Virus record (IMG/VR): IMGVR_UViG_3300045988_176357
Coordinates: 96,001-160,000 of that record
Reading direction: 5' to 3' (one strand)
DNA: 64,000 bases
DNA from: a virus
Translations under genes and position numbers: made by a program
Part shown: positions 13,484-27,115 of the stretch, in pieces
Position numbering within the stretch: position 1 is the first letter of the stretch
How the letters are laid out: each line of letters starts with the position of its first letter
Notes under the pieces: model-generated
Seen by the model: the letters and a program-made list of their open reading frames with translations, nothing else
Databases searched by the model: none
Told to the model about the DNA's origin: nothing

Positions 13484-13782
13484 AGGATCTGAGCTGTTGT
13501 TGCGGGCTCTTCTGCAGGCAGTCAACTCTTGTACAGGACTTACAGATACAGGTAAAGTAGTAAGGAACGGAACTGTCTCTGTTGAGGATAACTCTATAAA
13601 ATGCTGCTTCGATACATACAAATTAGATCACTCGTAGATTGAATAGCAAAAAGATAAAATAGTACATATATGTCTGCTGGATGAAAATAGCTGGTAGCTT
13701 GCCCGCGTGCCGGTATAGCCAACGTGCAGACTCAATGGTGCTGGACTTATATTCAATCTGAGCATGAATATTGGAGGCTTAC

Positions 13783-15366
13783 ATGGCTGAAAGTTACATG
13801 GTACCCAAGTACACATAGGGGATGGCTACTGTTGATAAGCTCAACCAGCCTCTTGACTACATATAGACAGCACTCAACGATATAAGTCAACGTGTTGACC
13901 AAATTTCAAATAAAAGTGCTGTCATACAGTGGTAGGCTGTGCTCGACGCATCTGTACAGACAGGAGACCTTGTATATTTCGATTCTGAAGGGTCGTCAGC
14001 ATGTTTCAAGCCTGCGAAAGCGGCTCTGTTGGGCATTCCCGGAGCACAAGGGCAGTCTGTATAGGCGCCGCAGAGCCGAGTATAGGGCATCGTGCTTTCC
14101 GCAGACCCTGCGGTTATATTGCGATCTGGATACTACTAGTCACCCATCATCTAGGCTACATTAGGTACTGGAGCTTAGGCTGGAATCTATTATTTATCTC
14201 CTTAGACAGCTGGTAAAGCTACAAAGACACCGGGATGGAATCTCAGGCAGCCATGCCTAAGCTATTACGGGGACGGCAAGTTCAGTCTGTTCTCGAACTA
14301 TCTTGCACATGACAACCATCATCACGCAAGTTTGGTTATAGGGTAGTGGCAGTAGCGCGCAGCGTATGACGGAGAGTACACGGCACAAGGAAATTACTTC
14401 TATAAGATATCTGATGCAGACATACTTGGACAGCTGTCCGCAGATACGACCGCTGTGTTCTACAGAGGTCTTCTCAATACTACTGATTTTTCCTTCCAGC
14501 CTGATGCTGTATGGTGTACAGCATCTGATGCACCGCAGGCTGGATAGGTTGTCGTGTTCAATGACTATCCGTTCGCCTATGGGGACTCTGTTGTAAGGAC
14601 TGTAAGAAGTTCTTCTCTCAGTGTGAATTCTCTTAACGGCACATATGAGATCAACCTGCCGCAGTACGTAAAGAACAAAGTTGTTGGTTCGGCCACAGCC
14701 GTTGCCGATATTTCAGGCAAGAATATTTCCATAACACCTATCGTTTCCAGGCTGTATGCAGGTATGGGCATCAAAGTACAGAAGCTTGGATTGGGTATAT
14801 ATCAGATTTCGTCTGCTCAGCACGACGGAGCAAACATCGCCGCTTCTGACATGCGTATGAACGGTACACAGAGAGTTGCGGACGGACTGCTGACGTATAC
14901 TGTCTTCCCGAGATCAGCGACAACCTCGTTCATCATATCTACACCTGTTACGTATTCCGGATAGAACCTGAAAGGACAGACCAAAATATGGTTTACTACA
15001 AGAGGTCCCGGATCAGGACGTGTCAACATCTCTGTGTACTGGATACCTGTAGACACGTCTGGCACTGAATATACTACTATTCCAGGAATACACATAGGCG
15101 ACACAACTGCAGTGTTCTCCAACACCAGCACGTCTATGCTTGCTTACACATAGACAGCTTACATCGGCAACTTTGATCTGAGTACACATGGCACGTTGCT
15201 GGCAAAGGTATAGGCTGTAGCGCCCGGCAGCGACATGTATGTGTATCAGACAGGATTCAAGACAACCGCTGTTGCATAGGTGCAGGAAGACGATACATCC
15301 GATGCTGTATCTCAGGATATCCTCGACCAGCTCGCCAAGGTGCTCACCTACAACGCTAATTACTGA
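13783..15366 (+). CDS. Tail-fibre-like protein, TAG-recoded (527 codons).
   Basis: GGAGG RBS then ATG 13783. Frame 1 is open to TGA 15364-15366. The track ORF 14554..14964 is an internal fragment. Confidence 0.5.
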
Positions 15367-15374
15367 GGTGGTAA

Positions 15375-16307
15375 ATGACAGACTATTAGTGGATGAGCCA
15401 TATGGCCGCCCAGACATATCCTCTGGCGGATTAGGTAACAGGACTGTCTGTTACAAGTCAGCTGTTGCCTAAGTATCTGATTTTGGATATGCGCATATTG
15501 GTCCCTGAAGCTACCGGAACTGTAGACGGCGATGCTTTTTATATAAGCAGAGTTCAGGACTAGGGAGCATCTCTGTCTATCTACATAGGATACAACGGTA
15601 TCTAGGTTGCTGTAGGCTCAGGGATTCCAAAAACACTCACTATGACATAGCCTGCTGTGCAGCATTGGTACACATTGACTGCACTATAGGGAGGATCACT
15701 GTCGTGGGCAGCTAAACTTACAGGCTCCATATGTGTAGGACCTACGAATACATATGATATCGGCACACAGGTATACACAGCGAGCAACACTAAGCTTAAC
15801 CGGAATGTCATCAGTGTAATAGGTAAACTGACATATCTTTAGGCGATAAAGGTTAACTAGGTCTATTATGATGGAGTTGTGTAGATCCAGGCAGGATAGG
15901 GGGTCAGCATATCCGCTGCTGTTGAAGGCTAGGTAACGACACTTACTATATCTGTCGACCAGACTTATGTTACCTAGACTGTGCAGTAGTCTGTGGTGCA
16001 ACAGCTGAACGCCTCGACAGGAGCGACACCCATCACCTCTATCAACGGCGTAACTCCTGACTCCAACGGCAATATACAGATTTCAGGTGTTGACTGCGTT
16101 GACGTTGTCGCACAGGGACAGGGTGGGCTGATTGTGAAAAATCCATGTTCCAAGCCGTGCTGTGATTCAACCAATATGTAGAGCACAGTGATTGCTTTGT
16201 AGGCCTTGAAGCAGCAACAGAGTGTCCTGCAGAGTTACTTCACAAATCAGGCCAATACCATTAATTATATGCAGGCGAATTTATCTACGCTAATGAACCA
16301 GCACTGA
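15375..16307 (+). CDS. Hypothetical tail or fibre-associated protein, TAG-recoded.
   Basis: GAGGTGG RBS then ATG 15375; frame is open to TGA 16305-16307. The track ORF 15993..16181 is a fragment. Confidence 0.45.
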
Positions 16308-16308
16308 T

Positions 16309-17607
16309 ATGATAACAGAATTGCGCATAGCAGGATATCCTGTAAGTACAAAATACTTAAAGATACAGGGAAAGGATGACCTTAAGGTCACACCAGGAAC
16401 ATCCGGACCGAAGATATCTTATATATTGACTAAGCAGGAGTCTGACAGTTAGTCGGAAGCTCCTGTCGTGCCCATTATAACAGGATCTTACTTAAGGACT
16501 ATAAATGGAGTGTCGCCTCTGTAGTAGGGACAGTTCATGCTGATGGGCGATTACTGTACGTCTGTTGTTTAGGGCGGTGACGATTCAGATCCATAGATAT
16601 CCAAAGTGTCTGGAGCAATAAAGATCTTCGATGGCTGTCAGGCATGCGTCGACTGCAGTTCCCAGTGGTATGTGCAGTCTATGCTCCAGTAGTGTATGTT
16701 GTGGCTTGCTGGGTTGAAGGATTGTATCCTGTACTATGAACCGGCTGCAGCCAGGCTCTGGAACTAGATGCTGCAGAAACGAGTATTGTAGATATAGAAC
16801 TGCGGCAAAAGCGAAATAGATGCGGAGTACAGACAAAGAGAGTTCGGCAAGGCTGTAAAGCTTTTGTATCAATATAAAGCAGTTGTCGCCATGTGGAACT
16901 ATCTGGTGTTTACAAAAGCCAGATCGATAGAAGTGGTTCAGGCGCCTGAGACACACCTGGGCTTTATAATGCAGTCAAAGCGAATCATAGACTTCTGCGA
17001 TGCCGGGCTGAGTACTGTCACACTTCACTTAAAAGCGACATTATAGTCAGGACAGACACAATCTTTCCTTGCGGCGCAAGGCAGAGCAATGCTGCTCTCT
17101 GTTACCAAAGTCACATAGAACACTTACATCTAGTACGGTAAAGATACCGGAAGCCTGGGCGGAGGGCTTGATACAGGCAGCCTCAGTTGTGACATATCGG
17201 CTACGAACTAGCCTGTAATAACGTGCGCTATACAATTCTTCCCGACAAAGTAGTGCAGAGCTGTGTTCTCAGGATCCATTAAAGTGCTGCCTGTCATTGT
17301 ATAGGGAGGCAGCGGCAGTGACGCACAGTTATATTCCAGCCCGCTTGTTGATCTCGGAACATATGCTGAAGCAGCTTATGATGCTACTGATATCGACAAA
17401 GGATAGCTGACAATGACAAACAGGTGGCGTATATAGCTTGCCTGGTAGTTCACACAGGGAGATATGGTGGTCAGCAAATAGGACACCTAGTAGGTAACTT
17501 ATTTCACATCAGGATTTGGTTTGTATCCTTCCAGATCTGATTCAGGGTCTGGATCGGTAAACGTCGGAGACGATGATACCGGCGGTGGCGGACTTATTTA
17601 GATATAA
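16309..17607 (+). CDS. Hypothetical structural protein, TAG-recoded (433 codons).
   Basis: ATG 16309 lies 1 nt after the upstream stop. Frame is open to TAA 17605-17607. The track ORF 16864..17046 is a fragment. Confidence 0.45.
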
Positions 17608-17623
17608 TCGGTGAGAGCAATAC

Positions 17624-18574
17624 ATGAGCTTTGTAACGACAGAGACAAGCGCACGTACAGATACGTACCCTTTCACATGTTAGGTGCCTTTCGGCAATTA
17701 CTTTATATAGTCGATAAAGTTAGCCCTTAAAGATGTACAGCAGCAGCCTTCTCTTAACATATTGACATCTAAACAGGGCTAGTGCTCGATAACACTGATG
17801 TCGGGTTCTGTAGTGTTGGCTACTGTATAGTATGCAGGCAATCTGTGGATGACTTTTGATACAGCACATGCTTTCGGTTTCGTTAAGTTGCGTGTCAGAC
17901 CTTCTCACACTATAAATTTTTCAGGAAAGCTGCCTCTCCATCCGCTTACATATACATATAGCTACAACAATAAAGGTATCACCAGTATTCAGGCTAACGA
18001 CGACGTGAAGCCTGTCGGAGATACATTAAACATTACTGTGATAGGATCTATCCAGTGTGATAAAGACTAGTTAAACTTTACGAACAAGGGTGCTTTAGGT
18101 GGACCTGACTGGCCTTTCAGTATTCAGAGATTTGACATGGCAGGCAATGTTGTCGGCTATCCGGGAACTCTTACAATAACGCCTGTAGTTAAAAACTCAT
18201 AGCTCATAGCTAACTAGTATGTTGGACAGAATATATGGTATGGTGACACTTACGGTGGTGTAACCCATGCGTATCTGCCTAGTGCTGATTATATGTATAT
18301 AAGACGTACGCAATAGTCATTGTACAACTTCATATAGACGCCTATAGAATCCAATTAGGTAGTATATACAAACACATAGGTAGGAAAATATATACAGAAC
18401 ATCAATGGGACTCAGACGCAGAACCTGAACATAACAAGTGTATGCGAGCAGATATCTGTTACAGGACCCGTTGCTGTTGGAGACTCTGTCTATGTGATCT
18501 ATGTCTCATCCAATCCGGGCTTCCCTACATGCGCCTAGTATGACAGTGATTCCTTGTCATCTACTGGAAGCTGA
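17624..18574 (+). CDS. Hypothetical protein, TAG-recoded.
   Basis: ATG 17624; frame is open to TGA 18572-18574. The track ORF 17849..18070 is a fragment. Confidence 0.4.
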
Positions 18575-18599
18575 TCTGCAATAAACAAAAGAGGTAATA

Positions 18600-19370
18600 A
18601 TGAACATTCTTAATGCAGATACGCAGCAGGTGCGGACATTTTCGAAATATCCGTTCGATTAGGCTTCCACTATGCAGATATATAACTACATAGTAAAATC
18701 TACGTGGATACCATCTGTAGGTATTTGTGTATAGCAGGCTAGATTCCCTCTATATATAAGCGGTTTTACACACAACAGCGCCACTACATGCAAGTTACAT
18801 ATAAGTGACAATACAGCTACTGAAATAGCTTATGCCGTACTGTACAGATAGCGCAGTACGGCCCAGACAGCAGGTATATAGAGTGCCGATAAAGTTGTAG
18901 CTTCGCTAGTGGATGTATATGGACATGTCTGTGGGCAATTAATGTATGATGTATAGTTTTCCGGATTCATTCTGAATGTGCTTACTACGGAGCATCTCGG
19001 ATAGATAGCACTGAGCGCGAACAACCTCATACTGTCTCCATAGTGTATAACATGTACACATACAGTGGGGTGTAAACAGGTCATATTTAATGGAAAATAC
19101 AAATATAAAGGGAGTACAACTCTGATTTTCCAGCGCAATGTGACACTCACCGACAGCGGAATACTATCAACACCGTCTATAAATGTGTATGGGGATAAAG
19201 ATACCACAGATGTATCCGCCATTGCATATCAGGCACCGAAGTACCTCAAATATGTGAACGGTAAAGACCTGTCTGGCAGCCATGTGCTGATTAAACCGAT
19301 TGCTCTTTCAGATCTTCGAGTGATAACCAACACAGGAACTATAACGTTCTCAGGGGTACGGAATGCTTGA
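18600..19370 (+). CDS. Hypothetical protein, TAG-recoded.
   Basis: AGAGG RBS then ATG 18600. Frame is open to TGA 19368-19370, the same end as the track ORF 19065..19370. Confidence 0.45.
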
Positions 19371-20127
19371 TAAACTGTACAATATATCTGCTGTATATCC
19401 ATTCTATAACCATACTGGATTGTCTGATACAGACAGACAGACAGCCGGATGTATAGCTTGCTGCAGAATATAGATACGAAAACCGAGACTCAGGCAATTT
19501 TTAGCAGGCTAGGATTACTACAAACCTATTCAGGATACAAATATTCCGACGCAGATAGTTCTTGAAAGAACAGAACCGGGCAAGGCTGTATTTAAAGTGC
19601 AATACGGTTACTATGAGTAGCCGTGGTACATAACATGGACAAGGGATGGGACTTGCTCAGGCACTTTTCTTGTTTCATGCTATATGTAGCTGACAGCTTA
19701 GCTGCCTACATATACAGGCAGCTCTTTAATTCTCCTTAATTAGTGCATGATAATCAGAACGCCTGGAGTAGTGCTGCATGCCGCATCGGATGGAATCCAA
19801 TAGACAGGCGGGATATATCCTAACCAGACCATGTATACGAATGTCAAAGGTTTCTGTGACGGATATAACTGTCAGGTAAGTGCATAGGATTCCAATTTGA
19901 TTATACTGTCGTCGGCTGCAGCAGGTAAAGGGAGACCTAAATACAATGATGTGTGGGGTTCAGACTCACAGGAGTCTTAGTTACCAGCGGAAGCTCCGAC
20001 AGGTGTGCGCACTATAAACACAAGCACGGGAAGCGTAACTTTTCTATCTATAGGCGATGTAACGCAGAACGTTGTTGTTACTTAGTAGGATGACGAAGTT
20101 ACAACTACAGTACAATTAAGTATCTGA
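19363..20127 (+). CDS. Hypothetical protein, TAG-recoded.
   Basis: ATG 19363 overlaps the upstream gene end by 8 nt. Frame is open to TGA 20125-20127. Confidence 0.4.
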
Positions 20128-20133
20128 GCTTAT

Positions 20134-21129
20134 ATGAAACACCTTAAGAAAGACAGATGCGGATGGAAAGAGTATTAGTGTGTAGGCATTAAAGACCTGT
20201 TCTCCGACTCTATATCCATATGCTGTGACACGACAAATTATGATTAGACTGGCGGGTAGAGATAGAACGACTATAACTACCTGAATCTGCCTGTATCTTT
20301 TTAGGGTGTAGTCAACATAGTTCCATTTGCCAACCTGTAGTCACTTGGAGGTGGCGTCGGATGTATATCCAGCTACGATCCGATGGGGGACGGCTTGCAG
20401 GACTGGTTTGACAAAGTCAGTAAAAATTCTGACTACATAGCGGCATATGGTAACTTCAGAGCTTCTCTGGCTTGCTATTTTGATTCTTAGAAGTAGCGTC
20501 CGGGGATAATGACACCGAAAGCTACGCTGAGTCCGTTTAACACAGCACCTTCAGTAGTTGTCCCGACGTCTTAGCTGCGTGTATAGCCTAACGTGGGCGG
20601 CGGAGGTACAAGTTCGTGGGATGGACAGAGTGCCTGCGCTAACGGGTTCGCTATAATACCGCTGGATCACAAGGGCTCTGGATATAGACTGTATGTAAGT
20701 TCAGGCGATGCTATACCTTCTGTAAATGCAAACGGATAGGCTGTATCCTATTACGTAGAAGGAAGATATCCGGAGGGATAGGGTGCTAGATATAAGTCTG
20801 ATCTGTAGGTATACCTGACAGCCAAATATGACTTTACCACCGCAAAATGGGACTTCGGAATTGCGGTCGTGCAGCAGGATCAGGATTGGTAGACTGCTGT
20901 GGACAGATAGTAGTGGGAAAAGGTGACTCTGCTGGGCACTGTAAGTTGTGTCCGGAATGGTAACGCGAAGGTATAGACATACGTAACGCAGACAGCTTGC
21001 TCTCCTGTCGATATGCGCGACTTTGTTTCTTAGGTTCCTATGCCGTCAGGTACTGATACATCAATGTATGTATTCGCTTATCTTGGCAGCAGCAAGATAA
21101 AGAAATGGGTACAGGTAAAGGACTGTTGA
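20134..21129 (+). CDS. Hypothetical protein, TAG-recoded (332 codons).
   Basis: ATG 20134; frame is open to TGA 21127-21129. Confidence 0.4.
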
Positions 21130-21180
21130 CTTACATGTAACTTCAGCTAGGCTTAATGAAACTAACTGAAGGAATATAAC

Positions 21181-21894
21181 ATGCCAAACTGTCCATGTCC
21201 GTAGTTCGACATTTAGAAGTACAAAGATAAGCCTTACTAGGAAACTCCTTGTGCCAAGTGTTTCCTGTCAAAGTAGACTACCAACACACATAAACACTCA
21301 TAGCTGTTCGACACAGACGGTGTGTAGTCTCAGCAACCTGTCAAACGTCCGTAGCCTGTGTAGATATAGGATATCCTTCCTGAAAAAATTTCTCCTGACA
21401 CGTTGGCTATAATCGTATAGGCGTGTCAGCAGAACTTTATTCTTACACTCAGCAATCTGGTGCTCAAACTTACACGTCTGTCCAAGACATATCCTGTACT
21501 GTTTTAGATTCTCACATACAAGATGCAGCATCCATAGATGTCTTACTTCGAGATAGGCAGGAAGCTTAATCCGCCGTGCTCAAAGCAGAACGTGCTGTAT
21601 CACCTGTCGCACGCTGTCAGATAGTTCCCTCAACTGGAGAAGAGCATTGTTACAGATACAAGGTTCTCAGGAGGAAGATACGCACTGAAGACCATAGCAT
21701 AGCTGGCATCCAGGATCAAGCAGGTGTAGATCGTGCGGCGTAAATTATACGAGCAGAACTAGTACAACACACGTAAAGAGTTCGACGAACTGAAGAGATA
21801 GCTGTAGAGACCATATAAGGTTAACATCATCAGCGAGTTCGACAGCTATCTTCATGAATCCGACAGCGGAGACGACAATGTTAAGAGCAGATGA
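21181..21894 (+). CDS. Hypothetical protein, TAG-recoded. Very TAG-dense, about 24 in 238 codons.
   Basis: ATG 21181; frame is open to TGA 21892-21894. Confidence 0.4.
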
Positions 21895-21991
21895 ATAGGT
21901 ATTCAAACTTAATGATTCAAGAGTTAAGGCACTGTCAACAGGTAAGCTGACTGTAGCTGCACTTGCATATACTATCAAACCTGGAGACTAC

Positions 21992-22981
21992 ATGATACTG
22001 TACAAGAATACAGTATATGCACTGACAGAAGACTAGTACTATGCCGCTCAACAGATGGACATGTAGAAGTATCTGACAAAAGAAGCATTCTAGCAGGTAC
22101 TCAAATAGGATATAGACAAGCTCGATACAGTAGACAGGAAAGCCGCATAGAGAATCAAGAACAGCAAGACCAATTGTTCCACCTGCCAGTACAACTCGTA
22201 CAAGACTCAGCTGCTCAGAATCATGCAGAAGTATCCATGGCTGCTCAGCAAGTACAATCTTGTGAAGATAAAGCGCCAGATACGGCAATACCCATAGGTA
22301 TCGTAGCCTGTTATATCGAAGGTAAGCGCTCTGTTCCCTACGTTCTTCCAGAAAGTTGAATACGACAGGAAACCGTGTCTTGACTGCGTGTAGAAGCACA
22401 TAGGCATGGCGTACATAAAAGGATGCTAGGCGCAACAGGGCTATCCTGAGCATCTTGTACTTGCAGTAGCTAATTTGCAGGAAGCATATGAGGAATGCCC
22501 TAAGGACTGCTCCGCTATAAGAGAGATGCTGCTGTTCTGCATAGGCAAGACAAAGATCGAGAACAAAGCGTTTATTCCGCTGGATAATCTCCTGTATCTT
22601 ATATAGATAGCCAGACAGGAAACAAGCATGTCGTAGGCTCTGGATAAGAATAAAGCGGATTAGTCGTTCGACCTGTAGCTCGATTAGCAGATGAAGCAGG
22701 AACTTGCAGAGATTCCTGTGCTTAAGAAGCTGGATATAATGAACGAACTTAAGGCGCTCATTGCACTTGAGTACAGCAACAAAGACCACATATCTGTCAA
22801 GTATCAGGGATACATGGGCAGTCTTGCAGACATGATATTGCCGTTTTCTGTGAAGGTAAGTAATCTGATCAGGAACAGGCGCCTTATGTTCAAGGCGTGT
22901 CCGTAGTTAGTGCGTCAGACTGAGTATGATTGCAAAGATTTACAGGAAGCGTTGAAGAGTCCGATGGCGAAAAAGGACTGA
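21992..22981 (+). CDS. Hypothetical Cys-motif protein with CxxC pairs, TAG-recoded.
   Basis: ATG 21992; frame is open to TGA 22979-22981. The track ORF 22691..22906 is a fragment. The antisense ORF 21935..22789 is a shadow. Confidence 0.4.
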
Positions 22982-23243
22982 TCTACTACAGAATATCAAA
23001 TTCCATGCCGTAGATGCACATTGTTCCGCTGTTGCTTGTATCGGACTGTGATTCAGAGCTCTAACTGTAGCTTATGCTGTAGCTGGAGCTCTGTGACTAT
23101 GAACCTGACAATGACTGCGAATATGACACAGAGTCGGAGCACGCTGTTCCTGTTGTAAACTAAAAGGCAGTGGCCTGTGCAGAGTTCAGATAGTTCAGAG
23201 CTTTAACAAGCGCTGTTACACCTGTCTTTATTCCGTTTATAGC

Positions 23244-23486
23244 ATGCTGAGCCTGGAAGTCGTTACGAACTCTGAGCTTTATACTGTCTGTGCGGAAATA
23301 CGCGTAATCATCCATAATCTCGGACGGATAATCCTACATATCCACAGGATCTGCAATATGACTGAATCTGTAGTCAGGCTACTTATTGAAGTTCTTCGGC
23401 AGCTTCTATATTACAAAAACATTTGTATCTACGTTACAGGCGGAGGTTGCTTTGCATTCAATATCAACAGCCGCCTTATATCCTGA
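23244..23486 (+). CDS. Small ORF with no TAG, embedded in the recoded region.
   Basis: ORF-track entry ending in TGA. The absence of TAG over 80 codons is unusual here. May be spurious. Confidence 0.2.
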   Translation: MLSLEVVTNSELYTVCAEIRVIIHNLGRIILHIHRICNMTESVVRLLIEVLRQLLYYKNICIYVTGGGCFAFNINSRLIS

Positions 23487-23815
23487 TCGCTGATATCTTT
23501 TGACACTGAAGTGCAGAGTTATGTTCATTGCTGCTCCGTAAATGTGACGCCGCCAATTGTAATTGGCAATTTGAAATTCTATTTAAGAAAAGCATTAAAG
23601 GCTTTATTATATTGTAAGCGCAAAGCAGCTGCTTTCAGTATAGTATGCTTATTTACCTGTTTATGCGGGCACGTTGGACAGCCCTTGATAGCGGCTGACG
23701 CAGCTGCCATAAGAGGGAAGGACTTTAAGTCCATATTGAGTAATTTTTGCTAATCAGGTGTTAAAAACATTTTGCGCTCCTTATGAGCTGGGCGCGTTCA
23801 ACTGGAAAGAATAGA

Positions 23816-24712
23816 ATGGGAACATTGAGTAAAGACTGTTACGCGTATCCTGCCAAGGAACTCTATCCTATACACACCAAATAGGCTGCGCTTAATTCTT
23901 ACAAAGAGTTCTAGCACGATATTGATAAGTATTCAATTGACAGCATCAAGATGATTGCAGCCAATTTCATAAAAGCTGCGTCTGTACACGACATCAAATA
24001 TCCTTGTGCACAGGCTGCGAAATCCAGACAGTGTGTAGACATATAGCTGGATAACGGCGCTGTAGTGTCTATGACCAAAATATAGAACTTGCAAGATGCG
24101 GATAAAGCTGTAGCCATGCTGGATCAGATCAGAGACAACATTGAGCTTAAATCTCTCAGAAAGGTTGCGAGGTATATTGTCAATGAATGTGAGAAACTCA
24201 GCCTGTATCCTACTGACAGCATAAAGCTTCATAAGTACGCTGGTTTTGGTCTTGGCAATGCCTAGTAGATGGCTGCATAGTTCCGCAAGCGCGGTACGCT
24301 CATACTGTTGCCTGAAAGCATCAAATCATAGTTCTATCAGGCATATAGAAACCTTGATCAGCAGGATGCATAGACCATGTACAAGCAATCTGCAGCTATT
24401 TGCGATATGCTTGATGGTATCGACAGACTGTATAAGCTCGAATCTCATTACGGTAACGAAATCAGTAAACCGTAGGATGTGTGCTTTTCGTAGACACTCG
24501 ATACTATGATCAAGTAGGCTTCTGACTATCTCGGAGTCGAGTCGACATCTACCATTCTATCCAAAAAGGCTCTACTACAGGACAAATAGAAAGTAGCCAA
24601 ATTCTTTGCTGATAAATACGGCGCGTAGATAAAAGATGACAATGATATGCTGAATAAGGTAGCGACACTGTCTTCAACCGGAATAAAAGCACTCATAAAG
24701 GAACTTGAATGA
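23816..24712 (+). CDS. Hypothetical protein, TAG-recoded (299 codons).
   Basis: ATG 23816; directly translated frame is open to TGA 24710-24712. The antisense track ORFs 23933..24232 are shadows. Confidence 0.4.
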
Positions 24713-24735
24713 ACCTATTCTAGCGCAAAGACTGT

Positions 24736-25326
24736 ATGGTTCCTGTATATGCTCTTGCTGCTGTATCCAAGTTTCAGTAGTAGGCTGTAAACTGGGACCC
24801 TCTGGTACTGCGCGACGCATTTTAGGCTCAGTTCAACTGCAAACTGTCACAGCGCGGTTTTGACAAGCTGATGGCAGGTACGTCCATGATAGGTACAAAC
24901 CTGTTCACAGCATCCATATAGAGCTTTTTAGCCTGTACTGCAGCTTGTGCCAACAGAAGCATACAGTCATCACAGCTGAACTATGTATCTCTGAAAGAAT
25001 GCTGTTGGTCTGTATTCGTGTACAAAGATATGATCGGATACAACCAGCAGGAACAGCAAGATCAGTTCGATCCGGATATAGTGATGTATATACAGGGCCT
25101 TATGGATATATAGGGTATATCCAAACTACCTTCATACATGTCCTTTGTCTAGCTGCCGACGTAGAGGATGGCGACTATATAGCAGGCTCTGGTAGGTGAC
25201 GTCACATCGTTCTAGGCCTACAACACAAGGCAGCTGAACTAGATGCAGGATATAAATGCCTACGTGATGCAGATGCAGGCAGATCTTGTATAGCAGCTGA
25301 AGCTGTTGGATCCTATTATACACTGA
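24736..25326 (+). CDS. Hypothetical protein, TAG-recoded. Last late gene on the + strand.
   Basis: ATG 24736; frame is open to TGA 25324-25326. Confidence 0.35.
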
Positions 25327-27115
25327 ATTATTCTCAAAGGGAAAAGTGTGTATTTTCCTTTGAAAATAGCTAAAAAATGACCACTTTTTTGGCATAATAA
25401 TATGGAGAAGCTTTTAGAGCTTTTCTATGGATGGACTTATCCATCCGGTTTCACGGTGCTGTATTGAGGTCGACTTATGTTGACTGTCAATACAGCACCA
25501 TTCGAATTTGTGACTATTGTTTTCTGTTACCCTGCTTAAATTTTTACTTAGTAGTCGTATATGCATCAGCTACTGTTGCTCGCTGGTAAATTACAACCTA
25601 AGTAAGTTTAGCTACGATGTGAACAAGAAGCTGCTACGGCTTCGATTTGTAGAAGGACCGCCGCGTGTCCGTTACTGATTTCCACTGGAAATTTCATAAG
25701 CGATCTGCCTCTCGTGGTTACGAAGGCCAGATCGCACCTGAAATTACCAAAGAAAATACAAGACATCGTTATCTGAGCATGCAGTTGTTACAACTGCTGT
25801 AAACACATACTAATGGTGGTATGTGATCATATTTCCTGGTACTAGGTATTATGTACCAGGAAATCGATAGATATACAGGTGAACAGTTCGACAAGCAGTC
25901 GGCTGGATATGTCACACTATTTTATTTATGCGGATTCTGTTGCTCTTGTGTCTTGGTTCATTTTAATATTCAATAGACTTCGTATCAGTTACTGATACAC
26001 TTAGAGACCATGTGAGACACATATGTGTGTCTATTACCCTCAGCATACCTCCAGAGTGATACTCTGGAGGTTAACTTTAGGGTAATAAAAGTATTGAATA
26101 TGTTGCCAACAGATGACTAGTACGTGAAATAGAAGTCGTTGCGACTTCGCATCGGATTTGATAAATACCTTATCAAACAAATGAACGGCTGAGAGGCGAC
26201 CCGCCAGGCCCAATTGAGGCACTTGGCTACAGCCAAGTGACCACAAGTGGGCATCGGCGTACGCCTCCCGCCTATCGTTGAGACGTTAAAGCCTGAATCT
26301 ACAATCGTTACGATTGCTTGTATGCTGGCTAGGACAGTATATATGTTATAATTGGAAGGATCATGCTATTATTGATCCTTCCAATTTTAGAGGCGATGAC
26401 TAGTTTATTTATTTGGTAAAACAGATGCACACTAACACGTTACGTGTTATTTTACAGCATACAATGGACAACGTTGTATCGCGGTATGTTCTTACTTATG
26501 AAGCCTGCGGCGAGCGCAAAACTCTGCTGTCTATCGACGCAGACTTCAGCGCACCGACGCAGCTTCAGAACTAAGAACAGATCAGATCTGTAAATAAAGC
26601 TGAACTCGAGTCCGTTACGGATTCACAAATGTGTATTACTCAATGCGTGATACACAACAATCCTGGTGCTGCATGGAGCACCTCCGAACAGCACCAGGAT
26701 TCAGAGCTTATACCCCAACACAGCTAAAGCTTTCTCAAGCTAAGCTATAAACTTGGCATCAGGAACAACAGAATTCGCAAACCCTCCAAGCCCGTCCCAC
26801 TGTCCTGCAAGACGCTGTTTAACAGCCTATCTTATCCGCACACCAAGATCCTACAGAACCAGTTTGATCTATTGGCTCTGCACATGGAAGCCTTTCTGCT
26901 CCCATCTGACCCAAATCGGGTACCACCTTGCAAACCGCTTGCATGCGGTAGGCAGAGGATATATAGTATCCCTTCTTCCCTATTTGCCGCGCAACACAAC
27001 GTTGCCGTTTATTGACTAGAGTCTTCTGACCTAGTCAAAAGTGAACTTAGCGTGACTCATAGACTAGTACTGCGTTGCTTCTTTTTTTAGCCTATAGTCA
27101 TTGTTACTGTCAAGT
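25327..27115. other. 1.8 kb non-coding, hairpin-rich region between the convergent late-gene block and terL.
   Basis: No long ORF in any frame even with TAG read as sense. Several strong perfect inverted repeats, e.g. the 13-bp arms near 25455-25500 and the stem near 26042-26064. Confidence 0.5.
26042..26075 (+). terminator. Candidate intrinsic terminator.
   Basis: A 10-bp stem cctccagagt/actctggagg with a GATA loop is followed by TTAACTTT. Confidence 0.3.

Noticed and set aside
386-22789. Long minus-strand ORFs in the late region (e.g. 386..937, 1301..1615, 15013..15417, 18830..19222, 21935..22789)
   Set aside because: Leu/Arg/Ser/Cys-rich with no RBS. They lie antisense to + strand frames that are continuous once TAG is read as sense, so they are shadow ORFs.
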